From NCBI GenBank assembly GCA_902517735.1, contig CABYDK010000001.1:2334-66333 (forward strand): a stretch of 64,000 nt of DNA. The letters are read 5' to 3'. Shown here piece after piece: positions 31,027 through 39,025 of the stretch. The stretch comes from an uncultured Pelagibacteraceae bacterium. GTDB taxonomy: Bacteria > Pseudomonadota > Alphaproteobacteria > Pelagibacterales > Pelagibacteraceae. Both the position numbers and the translations under genes were made by a program. Every line of letters starts with the position of its first letter. Positions within the stretch are counted from its first letter, which is position 1. The notes under the pieces are model-generated. The model was not told the DNA's origin and did no database searches. It was given only the letters and a program-made list of their open reading frames with translations.

Positions 31027-31914
31027 ATGAAAATTGAAATAGATCCAGTAATAGATATTAATAAAATATTATGCTTTGTACACATTCCTAAATCTGGTGG
31101 TAGCACTTTAAGGGAGGGTTTATTCAATTATTTTAATCCAAATGAATACTTGCGTTTAGGAGTTCCTTTATTTACTCACTATATTGACATTAATAATACT
31201 TCTAATGTTCAATCAGAGGCGAAACAAACAAATAATGTTAAATTATATCTAAAAAAAATACCATTATTAAATTTTATTTATGATAAAATTAAAAATTCTA
31301 AAAATTTAATATCTTCAAAAAAAAATGATTTAGTTTTTCGTGATTTTTATTCTTTAACTAAAGAAGAATTGCAGAGACTACGGTTTATTTCTTCTATACA
31401 AGAAAGAAATATAATTCCACCAATTTTGGGGAAAGAATATCTTTATATTTTGTTGATTAGAGAACCATCTGAAAGAATCCAGTCTTATTACTTTGAGGCC
31501 AAAAGAAATAAATCAAATAGAAAACCATACATTCAGGCAGCAAAAAAATATAATATTGATGATTTTGTTAAATATCTATTTGATGAAAGACCACATATAG
31601 TTTGTAATCCCTATTCACGTTGCATTTCTGGAACAGAAAAATTTGAAATCACACGTAAAATAATTGATGATCAATATTATTTAGCAGCACCTATTGAAAA
31701 AATGGATGATTTTTGTCGACTAATAACATTAAAATTTTTTGGTAAGCCACAAACATTTGATAAAAAGCGTGTTGGAGAAAATAATCCAAAAAAGAATATT
31801 ATATCTGATAATATTAATCAGCTTATTATTTCAAAAAATCAGTCAGATATAAATTTAAAGAAACATATAACATCTGAATTTGATCGAATTTTTAAAGATT
31901 ACTTTTTTAAATAA
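31027..31914 (+). CDS. PAPS-dependent sulfotransferase (Sulfotransfer_2-like)
   Basis: 5'-PSB motif FVHIPKSGGST and 3'-PB motif LIREPSERIQSYY. Confidence 0.85.
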   Translation: MKIEIDPVIDINKILCFVHIPKSGGSTLREGLFNYFNPNEYLRLGVPLFTHYIDINNTSNVQSEAKQTNNVKLYLKKIPLLNFIYDKIKNSKNLISSKKNDLVFRDFYSLTKEELQRLRFISSIQERNIIPPILGKEYLYILLIREPSERIQSYYFEAKRNKSNRKPYIQAAKKYNIDDFVKYLFDERPHIVCNPYSRCISGTEKFEITRKIIDDQYYLAAPIEKMDDFCRLITLKFFGKPQTFDKKRVGENNPKKNIISDNINQLIISKNQSDINLKKHITSEFDRIFKDYFFK

Positions 31915-31927
31915 TAATTTATGTAAT

Positions 31928-32158
31928 TTAACTTTTTAAATTTTTATCATTATCTAATTTGGATTCTTTTTTATTTTTATAATAAGAATAAATCTTTTTT
32001 AATGGATAAAAAATAAAACCTATCACCATTATAATACCAACAAAAATATACATTATTGCACCTCCAAGTAGAGGTAATAAAGGACCAATTCCTATATATG
32101 CATTGGCCTTAGTGTTTATGAAGAGTGTAAAAAATAAAATTAATAAATTTTTGATCAT
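31928..32158 (-). CDS. Small membrane protein with signal peptide and one TM helix
   Basis: ..KANA-YIGIGP.., hydrophobic helix, basic tail. ATGA overlap with the upstream ASST. Confidence 0.75.
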   Translation of the reverse strand: MIKNLLILFFTLFINTKANAYIGIGPLLPLLGGAIMYIFVGIIMVIGFIFYPLKKIYSYYKNKKESKLDNDKNLKS

Positions 32159-33465
32159 TGTATAATAAACTTAAGTTTTTTATAAAAATCTCCTATATAA
32201 ATTTGATCCTTAATATAACCTCCATCTACAGTAGAGCCAGTGTTTGGATAAAAACCTGAAAAAACTGCAGAAAACAAATATTTAGATTTACAATTATTAT
32301 CACTTAAAAATTTTGAGTTACATAGAATTTCGAATATCTCTCCTTGATCGGAACTTTGGACAAAAATTCGATTGTTTAATAATTGAATTCTTCCTCTTGT
32401 AGTACTATAAAATTTCGAGTCTACACCAGAATAATATCCAACAACATCTTTAGTGGAAATATCAATTTCAACAATTCTTGATTTTTGAGACTTAAAATGA
32501 TTATCAAAAACTAATAAAGTGCCATGTTCAGTAACTCTTGGTGAATGTTGATTTTTAAATTTACCTTGAACGTGCCATTTTACATCATGAGTATCTTTAT
32601 CAATTAATGCAACCATATCTAAGTGTCTTAAAGAAACTAACATATCACCTTTTTTTCCCTTATTAAAAAATTTTGCTTTTGTCTCATTTAATACTCTCAC
32701 ATCATTCAAATGTAATGTATCAGTACAATTAGATGCATATTTTTCTATAATGTTTTTTGAAAATTCATTTTTATAAAAAGATTCTATAAGAGAAATTTCT
32801 TTTTTTAATTGACCGTTTTTTTCATTAATAATCATAATTGTACCAAATCTAGATTTATTTTTTGCCTCACAATTTTTAATAAATGAATTTTCATAAATTC
32901 TATCATCTAAGTCTTGCTTGTTATTCAAAAAAATCGTTCCAGGCACATAAAGATAGTTATCATAAAATGAAATCCAATGGTGATTATATAAATCGTTTTG
33001 CCAAATTATTTTTCCTCTTTTGTCAATTTTATAAATGCCTTTGGTTTCATATCTTCCAAGAATTATATCACCGTTATCATATAAAAAATATGGAATTAAT
33101 TTTTTCGCATTTCTAAACTTATCTAAATTCCATCTCCAAATTATCTTATCTGGTGAAGCCATTAAAACTGGATAATTATTATCTAATTTTAAAAATAAAA
33201 AATCATCAAATTTACCTCTAGGTTTATTTTCATATGAAAAATTTGTATCCTTAACCATGTTTGAGCCAAATGTAAGAAAATTTAATTTTCTTTCTCCAAA
33301 TTTTTTATCAAAATCTATATCTAGTTTTAATTCTATATTTGAAATTATTGGTTCTATAGACTGAAAAATTTTTTTAGCTTTGTATTTATGAGAAATATAG
33401 CCTAAAAAAAATATTACTATAATCAACGAAAAAAAAAATGATAGACGGAGTAATTTATCAATCAT
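32155..33465 (-). CDS. Arylsulfate sulfotransferase (ASST / Arylsulfotran_2-like), N-terminally anchored
   Basis: N-terminal TM helix, beta-propeller-like repeats, NHHW, LHLND, LVSLRH, QHSPR, LVFDN, RIVEID, RGRIQ. Confidence 0.8.
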   Translation of the reverse strand: MIDKLLRLSFFFSLIIVIFFLGYISHKYKAKKIFQSIEPIISNIELKLDIDFDKKFGERKLNFLTFGSNMVKDTNFSYENKPRGKFDDFLFLKLDNNYPVLMASPDKIIWRWNLDKFRNAKKLIPYFLYDNGDIILGRYETKGIYKIDKRGKIIWQNDLYNHHWISFYDNYLYVPGTIFLNNKQDLDDRIYENSFIKNCEAKNKSRFGTIMIINEKNGQLKKEISLIESFYKNEFSKNIIEKYASNCTDTLHLNDVRVLNETKAKFFNKGKKGDMLVSLRHLDMVALIDKDTHDVKWHVQGKFKNQHSPRVTEHGTLLVFDNHFKSQKSRIVEIDISTKDVVGYYSGVDSKFYSTTRGRIQLLNNRIFVQSSDQGEIFEILCNSKFLSDNNCKSKYLFSAVFSGFYPNTGSTVDGGYIKDQIYIGDFYKKLKFIIQ

Positions 33466-33500
33466 AATATTTGCCTATGAGTATTTTAAAAGGTTTGAAA

Positions 33501-34496
33501 ATGCAAAGAAAATTTAGAAATATTATGAATAATATCTCTTCTTTTGAAGATATTATTATTAAAAATTATAAAAAAAATTATATAAATTTAGATAAAAAAT
33601 GTGTTTTTGTTACAGGAATGCCGAGATCTGGAACAACAATTATAACACAAACTTTGTCTAAACATGGAGATTTTGCAAGTTATGATTATTCAGATCTCCC
33701 GTTTACTAAAATTCCATATTTATGGAGTAAATTTAAAAAAATTTATTATTTCAAAAATAAAGCTTTTGAAAGAGTACATGGAGATAAATTAAAAATTGAT
33801 CTAGATAGCCCTGATGCATTTGAAGAATTAATTTGGTCTGAAAATATAAATGATTATAAAGAAAGTTTGTATAGATATTTAGACTCGAATTTTAATAATT
33901 CATCTCTTGAAGACGATTTATTAAGAAATATTAACAAATTACTTTTAATAAAAAAAAAAAATATCTATTTATCAAAAGCTAATTATTCTTTATTTAGAAT
34001 TAAGTTTATTCAATCTATAATAAAAAATTCGCATTTTATTATTTGTATAAGAAATCCAGATGATGTTATCAATTCATCAATAAGAACCCATAAAAAATTT
34101 GAAGAAATGGACAAAAAAAATAATACATTTTCTGAAGAAATGAGTGAATTATGTCATTTTGAATTTGGTGTAAATAGAATTGGTATTATTGAAAGATCTA
34201 ATTGTTTGAATGATTATGATTATTATTTAAAACATTGGATAAAAATACATAAACTTATTTTGAAAGAATATAAGGACATGCAAAATGTATATTTGATTAA
34301 TTACGAAAAATTTATATCAGATCCAAAGAAAACTTTTTCTATAATTGAAAAAAAATTAAAAATAGAGTCATCAATATCAGTAAATAAATTTATAGAAAAA
34401 ACAATTAAAATAAAAAACTTTTCTAATAATAACAATTTTCCCAGTGATGAAACTAAAGAAATATACGAAAATTTAATCAAATTTTGCATTAATTAG
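33501..34496 (+). CDS. PAPS-dependent sulfotransferase (Sulfotransfer_1/3-like)
   Basis: FVTGMPRSGTT, SPDAFEE..W, IRNP.DVINS, INYEKFISDP. Start uncertain (33471/33477/33501/33525). Confidence 0.88.
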   Translation: MQRKFRNIMNNISSFEDIIIKNYKKNYINLDKKCVFVTGMPRSGTTIITQTLSKHGDFASYDYSDLPFTKIPYLWSKFKKIYYFKNKAFERVHGDKLKIDLDSPDAFEELIWSENINDYKESLYRYLDSNFNNSSLEDDLLRNINKLLLIKKKNIYLSKANYSLFRIKFIQSIIKNSHFIICIRNPDDVINSSIRTHKKFEEMDKKNNTFSEEMSELCHFEFGVNRIGIIERSNCLNDYDYYLKHWIKIHKLILKEYKDMQNVYLINYEKFISDPKKTFSIIEKKLKIESSISVNKFIEKTIKIKNFSNNNNFPSDETKEIYENLIKFCIN

Positions 34497-34724
34497 ATGA
34501 ATAAAGAAAAAGCAAGTAAACTCTGGAAAATTATTCAAGAAGCTGGCGATTATTTGGAAGGACAATTACCAAATCATCCTAATCATCCTAAAGGAAGAAA
34601 TCCATATGCTCATGTTGCAATTTGTGTCAAAAGCAAATTCAATTATAGTTATAAGGATATACCTGATGAAAAATATAATGAAGTTTTAAAATTCATTGAA
34701 TTTTTAAAACAAAACCCAAGTTAG
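34497..34724 (+). CDS. Small conserved-looking hypothetical protein (HPKGRNPYAH motif)
   Basis: 75-aa ORF abutting the sulfotransferase stop, with protein-like composition. Confidence 0.75.
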   Translation: MNKEKASKLWKIIQEAGDYLEGQLPNHPNHPKGRNPYAHVAICVKSKFNYSYKDIPDEKYNEVLKFIEFLKQNPS

Positions 34725-34727
34725 GAT

Positions 34728-35843
34728 TTATTGTATAGGAAAATAATCTTTTAACGTTCCCTCACGATAAACATCAGCCGTACAACAATGTAATCCGCCT
34801 CCAAAAGCATATGCATCTCTAAGATCAACAGGAATTACTTCCATCCCAAGTTTATCTAGTTGTTCAGCCTGGTAAACTTCACTTTTCTCAACACAAACTG
34901 TTTTTGGATCTAGCACTAATATATTCATTGATAACCAAACTGAAGAATAACAAAGAGGCGGTGGTTCATTATGTGCGGGTTGAGCACTATCTATAATTTT
35001 CCAACCATTATTCTCAAATAGTTTTCTTTGTTCTTTCGGTAATTTTCTTTGAGGATTATTAATAATTAAACCTTCTTTTATTGGTGTAAACGTAGCATCA
35101 ATATGTATAGGATAAGGATCTCCTGGAAAATTTACTGCATGAACTCTATGATCAATATAATGTCTTTTTAACCAATCTATTCCTTTTAAATTTGTTGTAA
35201 AACCATGTTGAACAACTAAATCTTTTCCAAATCTTAAAACATCTGCGGCATCAAATAATGGCTCTTCCTCAGTAGTTACAAAGTATTTCTTTTCAGTCCA
35301 CTCTAATCTTTTTTTAACTCCAATTTTATCAGATAGATAGTCTTTTCGATAATCAGCATCAGTTAATCTTGGTTTTGGTGCAGCCTCATGTCTCATATTG
35401 GGATCTTGATTGTAATATTCATTTAGTAAAGGCCTGTAGCATAAATATTCAAACCATCTACAACGATAACTCATGGTCGCTTCTAAGATTTCATTACCAA
35501 CAGTTAATAGAATATCTCTTGGAGGCATACAACCAAACATCGTTTTAGCTTCCCAATCAGGAGTTGATATTTTTTGATTAAAATTTATCGGAGTTGGTCG
35601 ATCAACCTGAATTCCCTTTTTGTGCAATATATTAGAAAAATCATCTAAAAGTTGATTTGCTTTATCAATAGAGTCTTTGGATCTTGGGCCAAATTGACCT
35701 ATCATATCACTATCTTCTGGAACTTTTGCATCAAGTGCTGGTTCTGGTGCAGGAATACATGCTCCATCAGCTCGGCCAACAATAACGTGCTTTAGTGGAT
35801 CCCATTCATTCCAACTGTTAACAGTTACCTTATTCTTGATCAT
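34728..35843 (-). CDS. L-arginine amidinotransferase (AGAT/StrB1 family)
   Basis: VNSWNEWDPL..VIVG, PRD, FDAAD (Asp), HIDATF (His), GGGLHCCT (Cys) catalytic triad. Confidence 0.93.
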   Translation of the reverse strand: MIKNKVTVNSWNEWDPLKHVIVGRADGACIPAPEPALDAKVPEDSDMIGQFGPRSKDSIDKANQLLDDFSNILHKKGIQVDRPTPINFNQKISTPDWEAKTMFGCMPPRDILLTVGNEILEATMSYRCRWFEYLCYRPLLNEYYNQDPNMRHEAAPKPRLTDADYRKDYLSDKIGVKKRLEWTEKKYFVTTEEEPLFDAADVLRFGKDLVVQHGFTTNLKGIDWLKRHYIDHRVHAVNFPGDPYPIHIDATFTPIKEGLIINNPQRKLPKEQRKLFENNGWKIIDSAQPAHNEPPPLCYSSVWLSMNILVLDPKTVCVEKSEVYQAEQLDKLGMEVIPVDLRDAYAFGGGLHCCTADVYREGTLKDYFPIQ

Positions 35844-35853
35844 TCGTTTTATA

Positions 35854-36759
35854 TTAATTTAAACCAATATATCTTTTGTTCCATCTCATTATCAAACTAT
35901 AATAAAATAACGAAATAAATAAAAAGAAGCCCCCAATAATTGTATTCGAATCCGGCACTTCATTAATTCCAAATAAAGGTAACCAAACCCAGAATATTCC
36001 ACCGATAACTTCTGTTAAAGAAAGCAAAGTTAGCTCAGCAGCAGGAATTGCTTTGGATCCTATTGAATACAAAATCAATCCAAGGCAAACTAAAGTTCCG
36101 TGTAGTGAAAATAATGTGCTGTTATAACTTGTTGAAAAGAAAACCTGATTTTTTAATAAAATCATTATTGTTGCAAAAATAAAACAAAAGAAACCTGCAA
36201 AAGCAACTGTGGTAAATTTTGGTGTTTCATTTCTCCACCTTAAAGTTACTGAAAAAACAGAAAAGCCTACTGATGATGTTATTCCAAAAACAAATCCAGC
36301 TAGAGAATTTTGTTCTGTATTTCCAAAAGCCATAATAATTATTCCAATAGTTGCAATTACAATAGAAATCCAAACATTTAAGGAAATTTGTTCTTTTAAA
36401 AAAATAAATGCTAATAAAGCTGTAAAGAAAGGCATAGCAGCCAAACATAATAAAGTGATTGCGGCTGTAGTGTTGGTAATTGAATAAATAAAAGAAATCA
36501 TTGCAATACCAAGTCCCAATCCACCTAGAATACCCGATTTTCCTATCTTCAAATAATTTTTCCAAAATTTAGCTCCCTCCTCAAAATAAAGATAAAGGTT
36601 AAGTAAAATAAAGATTGTAAGACCTCTTCCAAAAATATACTGCCAAGGAACCTGATCGGGACTATTCATATAACGAACAACTAAAGGACCAAATGACCAT
36701 AAAATTCCTGCAAATAAAACGACTGGAACAGCTACTTTGGGATTTTTTAATTCGAGCAT
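35854..36759 (-). CDS. DMT/EamA family transporter
   Basis: About 10 TM, LTEVIGGIFWVW..EVP. Lies 10 bp upstream of the amidinotransferase. Confidence 0.88.
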   Translation of the reverse strand: MLELKNPKVAVPVVLFAGILWSFGPLVVRYMNSPDQVPWQYIFGRGLTIFILLNLYLYFEEGAKFWKNYLKIGKSGILGGLGLGIAMISFIYSITNTTAAITLLCLAAMPFFTALLAFIFLKEQISLNVWISIVIATIGIIIMAFGNTEQNSLAGFVFGITSSVGFSVFSVTLRWRNETPKFTTVAFAGFFCFIFATIMILLKNQVFFSTSYNSTLFSLHGTLVCLGLILYSIGSKAIPAAELTLLSLTEVIGGIFWVWLPLFGINEVPDSNTIIGGFFLFISLFYYSLIMRWNKRYIGLN

Positions 36760-36807
36760 GTCCTGAGATTAATCCAAAAATTTGTAACTACAACTAAATT
36801 AGAGTAT

Positions 36808-38055
36808 TTAATTAAGAATTATATTTGGTTGGTTTGGTAAAAAACAATCAATAATTTGACCTTTTTTAAACTTTGCCTTTCCTTTTGGTAAAACTGCCCA
36901 AACATTTGATTTTACGAATGATTTTATTCTAAATGAATCTTGACCTGGTAAAAGCTCGACCTCTAACTTGCCATTTTTATAAGTATTTAGTCTACTTTTT
37001 ATAAATCTTGTAAAATTTTTATTTTTTTCAAAATTATTTTTTAAAACAGCTTTAAATGGTTTTTCTTCCTTGAGATTTAAAATATTTTCAATAAATGGAT
37101 ATACAAAAAATCTGAAACATGCCGCTGATGAAATAGGATTACCAGGTAAGCCAAATACAGCTTTTTGTTTAATCTTTGCAAATAAAATAGGTTTTCCGGG
37201 CCTAATCATTACACTTTTAAAAAAATGAGAAGCTTTAAATTGTTTAACAACACTTGGTACATAATCAGATTTTCCTTTAGAAACTGCTCCAGAAGTAATG
37301 ATTATATCTATTTTGGACTTGAGCATTTTATTAATTTGAGATTTAAAATATTGTTGATGATGATCTTTTAATATTCCACCATTTCTAAAGTTGAATAAAA
37401 AATTATTTTTTAAACTTTCAATATAATGGCTACTTGAGTTTCTTACCTTCCAATTTGGTATTATATCTGAATTAGAAATTTCGTTGCCTGTTGAAAAAAA
37501 TAAAATATTCAATTTTTTTTTCACTCTTATTTTCTTTATGCCTAATGACTTTAAGGCTAGTATATGATTGGGCTGAATTATTGTTCCTTTTTCAATTATC
37601 AAATTTTTTTTTTTATAATCAGATCCTACAAATCTCACATTCTTATATCTACTTATTCTTTTTTTAATTAAGATAAATTTTTCAATTTTTTTATTTTCAT
37701 AAAAGTTTATTTGCTCTATTGGAATAATAGTATCAAGGCCTTTTGGAATAATACCACCTGTCATTATTTCTACTGAATCAAACTTTTTAATTTTTTTTTT
37801 AAATGGTTTATTTCCTGCTGAAATAGAACCTATTATTCTAAAAGTTTTAGATCTATTTTTTTTAATATTTTTAGTATCACTTGAATTAATCGCATAACCA
37901 TCTATGGCAGAATTATTTGCGGAGGGATAATTTACATTACAATGAACATTTGACGCACATACCCTGTTTAAACTTTCTGAACTTTTAATATACTCATTAG
38001 AAATTATTATTTTACCTCTTTTGAGTATTTTAATAGCTTGGCTATAAGATTTCAT
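36808..38055 (-). CDS. moeA: Molybdopterin molybdenumtransferase
   Basis: NSAIDGYA, IMTGG.IP.G.D, STGNE, TSGAVSKG..D, RPGKP, GLPGNP.S. Confidence 0.95.
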   Translation of the reverse strand: MKSYSQAIKILKRGKIIISNEYIKSSESLNRVCASNVHCNVNYPSANNSAIDGYAINSSDTKNIKKNRSKTFRIIGSISAGNKPFKKKIKKFDSVEIMTGGIIPKGLDTIIPIEQINFYENKKIEKFILIKKRISRYKNVRFVGSDYKKKNLIIEKGTIIQPNHILALKSLGIKKIRVKKKLNILFFSTGNEISNSDIIPNWKVRNSSSHYIESLKNNFLFNFRNGGILKDHHQQYFKSQINKMLKSKIDIIITSGAVSKGKSDYVPSVVKQFKASHFFKSVMIRPGKPILFAKIKQKAVFGLPGNPISSAACFRFFVYPFIENILNLKEEKPFKAVLKNNFEKNKNFTRFIKSRLNTYKNGKLEVELLPGQDSFRIKSFVKSNVWAVLPKGKAKFKKGQIIDCFLPNQPNIILN

Positions 38056-38087
38056 TTTTTTATTATATAAGTAACATATAAATTGAA

Positions 38088-38486
38088 ATGGATTTAGAAA
38101 TAATTAATATAGCATCCAATACTGATAATAATAGGAATATCAAGGGTCGCACACATTATTCTAAATTAAAAAATCCCTTATGTGGAGATGAATTACAAAT
38201 AGATTTGATAATTAAAAATAACAAAATAGTTGATTTTGGATATCATGGTAAGTCGTGCATATTTTGCCAAGCATCAGCTAGCTTACTTTCAAAGATTTCA
38301 ATTAATAATCAAAAAGATAAAATTAATAGTTTGTGTGATGAAGCTAAATTTTATTTTGATGAAAATATAGAGATTGAAGAGAAAAAATGGGTATTATTAA
38401 AAAAATTATTCAAAAAAAAGAACATCTCTAGAAAGGAGTGTATTTTATTACCTTTTAATACTTTGAAGAAGATAGTATCAAAATAA
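38088..38486 (+). CDS. IscU/SufU-like (NifU-N) protein
   Basis: NPLCGD, SCIFCQASAS, RKECILLP: three canonical Cys positions. Confidence 0.82.
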   Translation: MDLEIINIASNTDNNRNIKGRTHYSKLKNPLCGDELQIDLIIKNNKIVDFGYHGKSCIFCQASASLLSKISINNQKDKINSLCDEAKFYFDENIEIEEKKWVLLKKLFKKKNISRKECILLPFNTLKKIVSK

Positions 38487-38489
38487 AAA

Positions 38490-38954
38490 ATGAAAAACTT
38501 TAAACAATCTACTTTAGCTGGTCTTTTTTCAATAATCACAATAGGCATATTAACTTTTTTAACTTATAAAACTGAGTTTGGAGTATTTTTATTAGCTTCC
38601 TTTGGATCTTCTATGGTTTTGCTTTACGGGTATCCTGAAAGTCCTTTTGCTCATCCCAAAAACGTTTTTTTTGGTCATTTCATTACATCTTTAGTTGGTT
38701 TATTTTTTTTAAATTTTATTCCATTACAAATCTATATAATTATTCCTATGGCAGTAGGTTTTGGGGTTGGTTTAATGATTTTATTAAATGTTACTCACCC
38801 TCCTGCCGGAGGAAACCCTATAATAGTAATTATGGGAAGTGTATCTTTAGACTACTTATTTAGTCCTGTGATAACAGGCTCAATTATAATTATTATTTTT
38901 GCAATAATTATTAACCGATTAATTTTAAAAAAAAATTATCCAATTAAAAAATAA
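38490..38954 (+). CDS. HPP family membrane protein
   Basis: ASFGSS.VL.YG.PESPFA.P, THPPAG. Confidence 0.92.
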   Translation: MKNFKQSTLAGLFSIITIGILTFLTYKTEFGVFLLASFGSSMVLLYGYPESPFAHPKNVFFGHFITSLVGLFFLNFIPLQIYIIIPMAVGFGVGLMILLNVTHPPAGGNPIIVIMGSVSLDYLFSPVITGSIIIIIFAIIINRLILKKNYPIKK

Positions 38955-38959
38955 TTTGT

Positions 38960-38989
38960 TTGCTAGGTACCTAAAAATAATGTTAGATG
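38960..38989 (+). promoter_or_regulatory. Putative fdh promoter with a 10-bp palindrome overlapping the -35
   Basis: TTGCTA-N17/18-TTAGAT/TAGATG, TAGGTACCTA at 38964-38973, strong AGGAG SD before the fdh ATG. Confidence 0.35.
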
Positions 38990-39025
38990 CCGTAAATAAA
39001 TATTAAATTATACGCAGGAGAATAA

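Noticed and set aside
33950-33961. A12 tract in the sulfotransferase as a phase-variation switch
   Set aside because: The frame is intact, and A/T runs of 9-11 occur in housekeeping genes here too (e.g. pdxA near 12240).
28229-34727. Mobile element or prophage explanation for the accessory block
   Set aside because: No integrase, transposase, tRNA target or flanking direct repeats seen. It more likely moves by homologous replacement.
29721-36759. Cyanotoxin-like cluster (amidinotransferase plus sulfotransferases as in saxitoxin or cylindrospermopsin loci)
   Set aside because: No PKS, NRPS or other tailoring genes. The amidinotransferase is in a separate, convergent transcription unit, so the adjacency may be coincidental.
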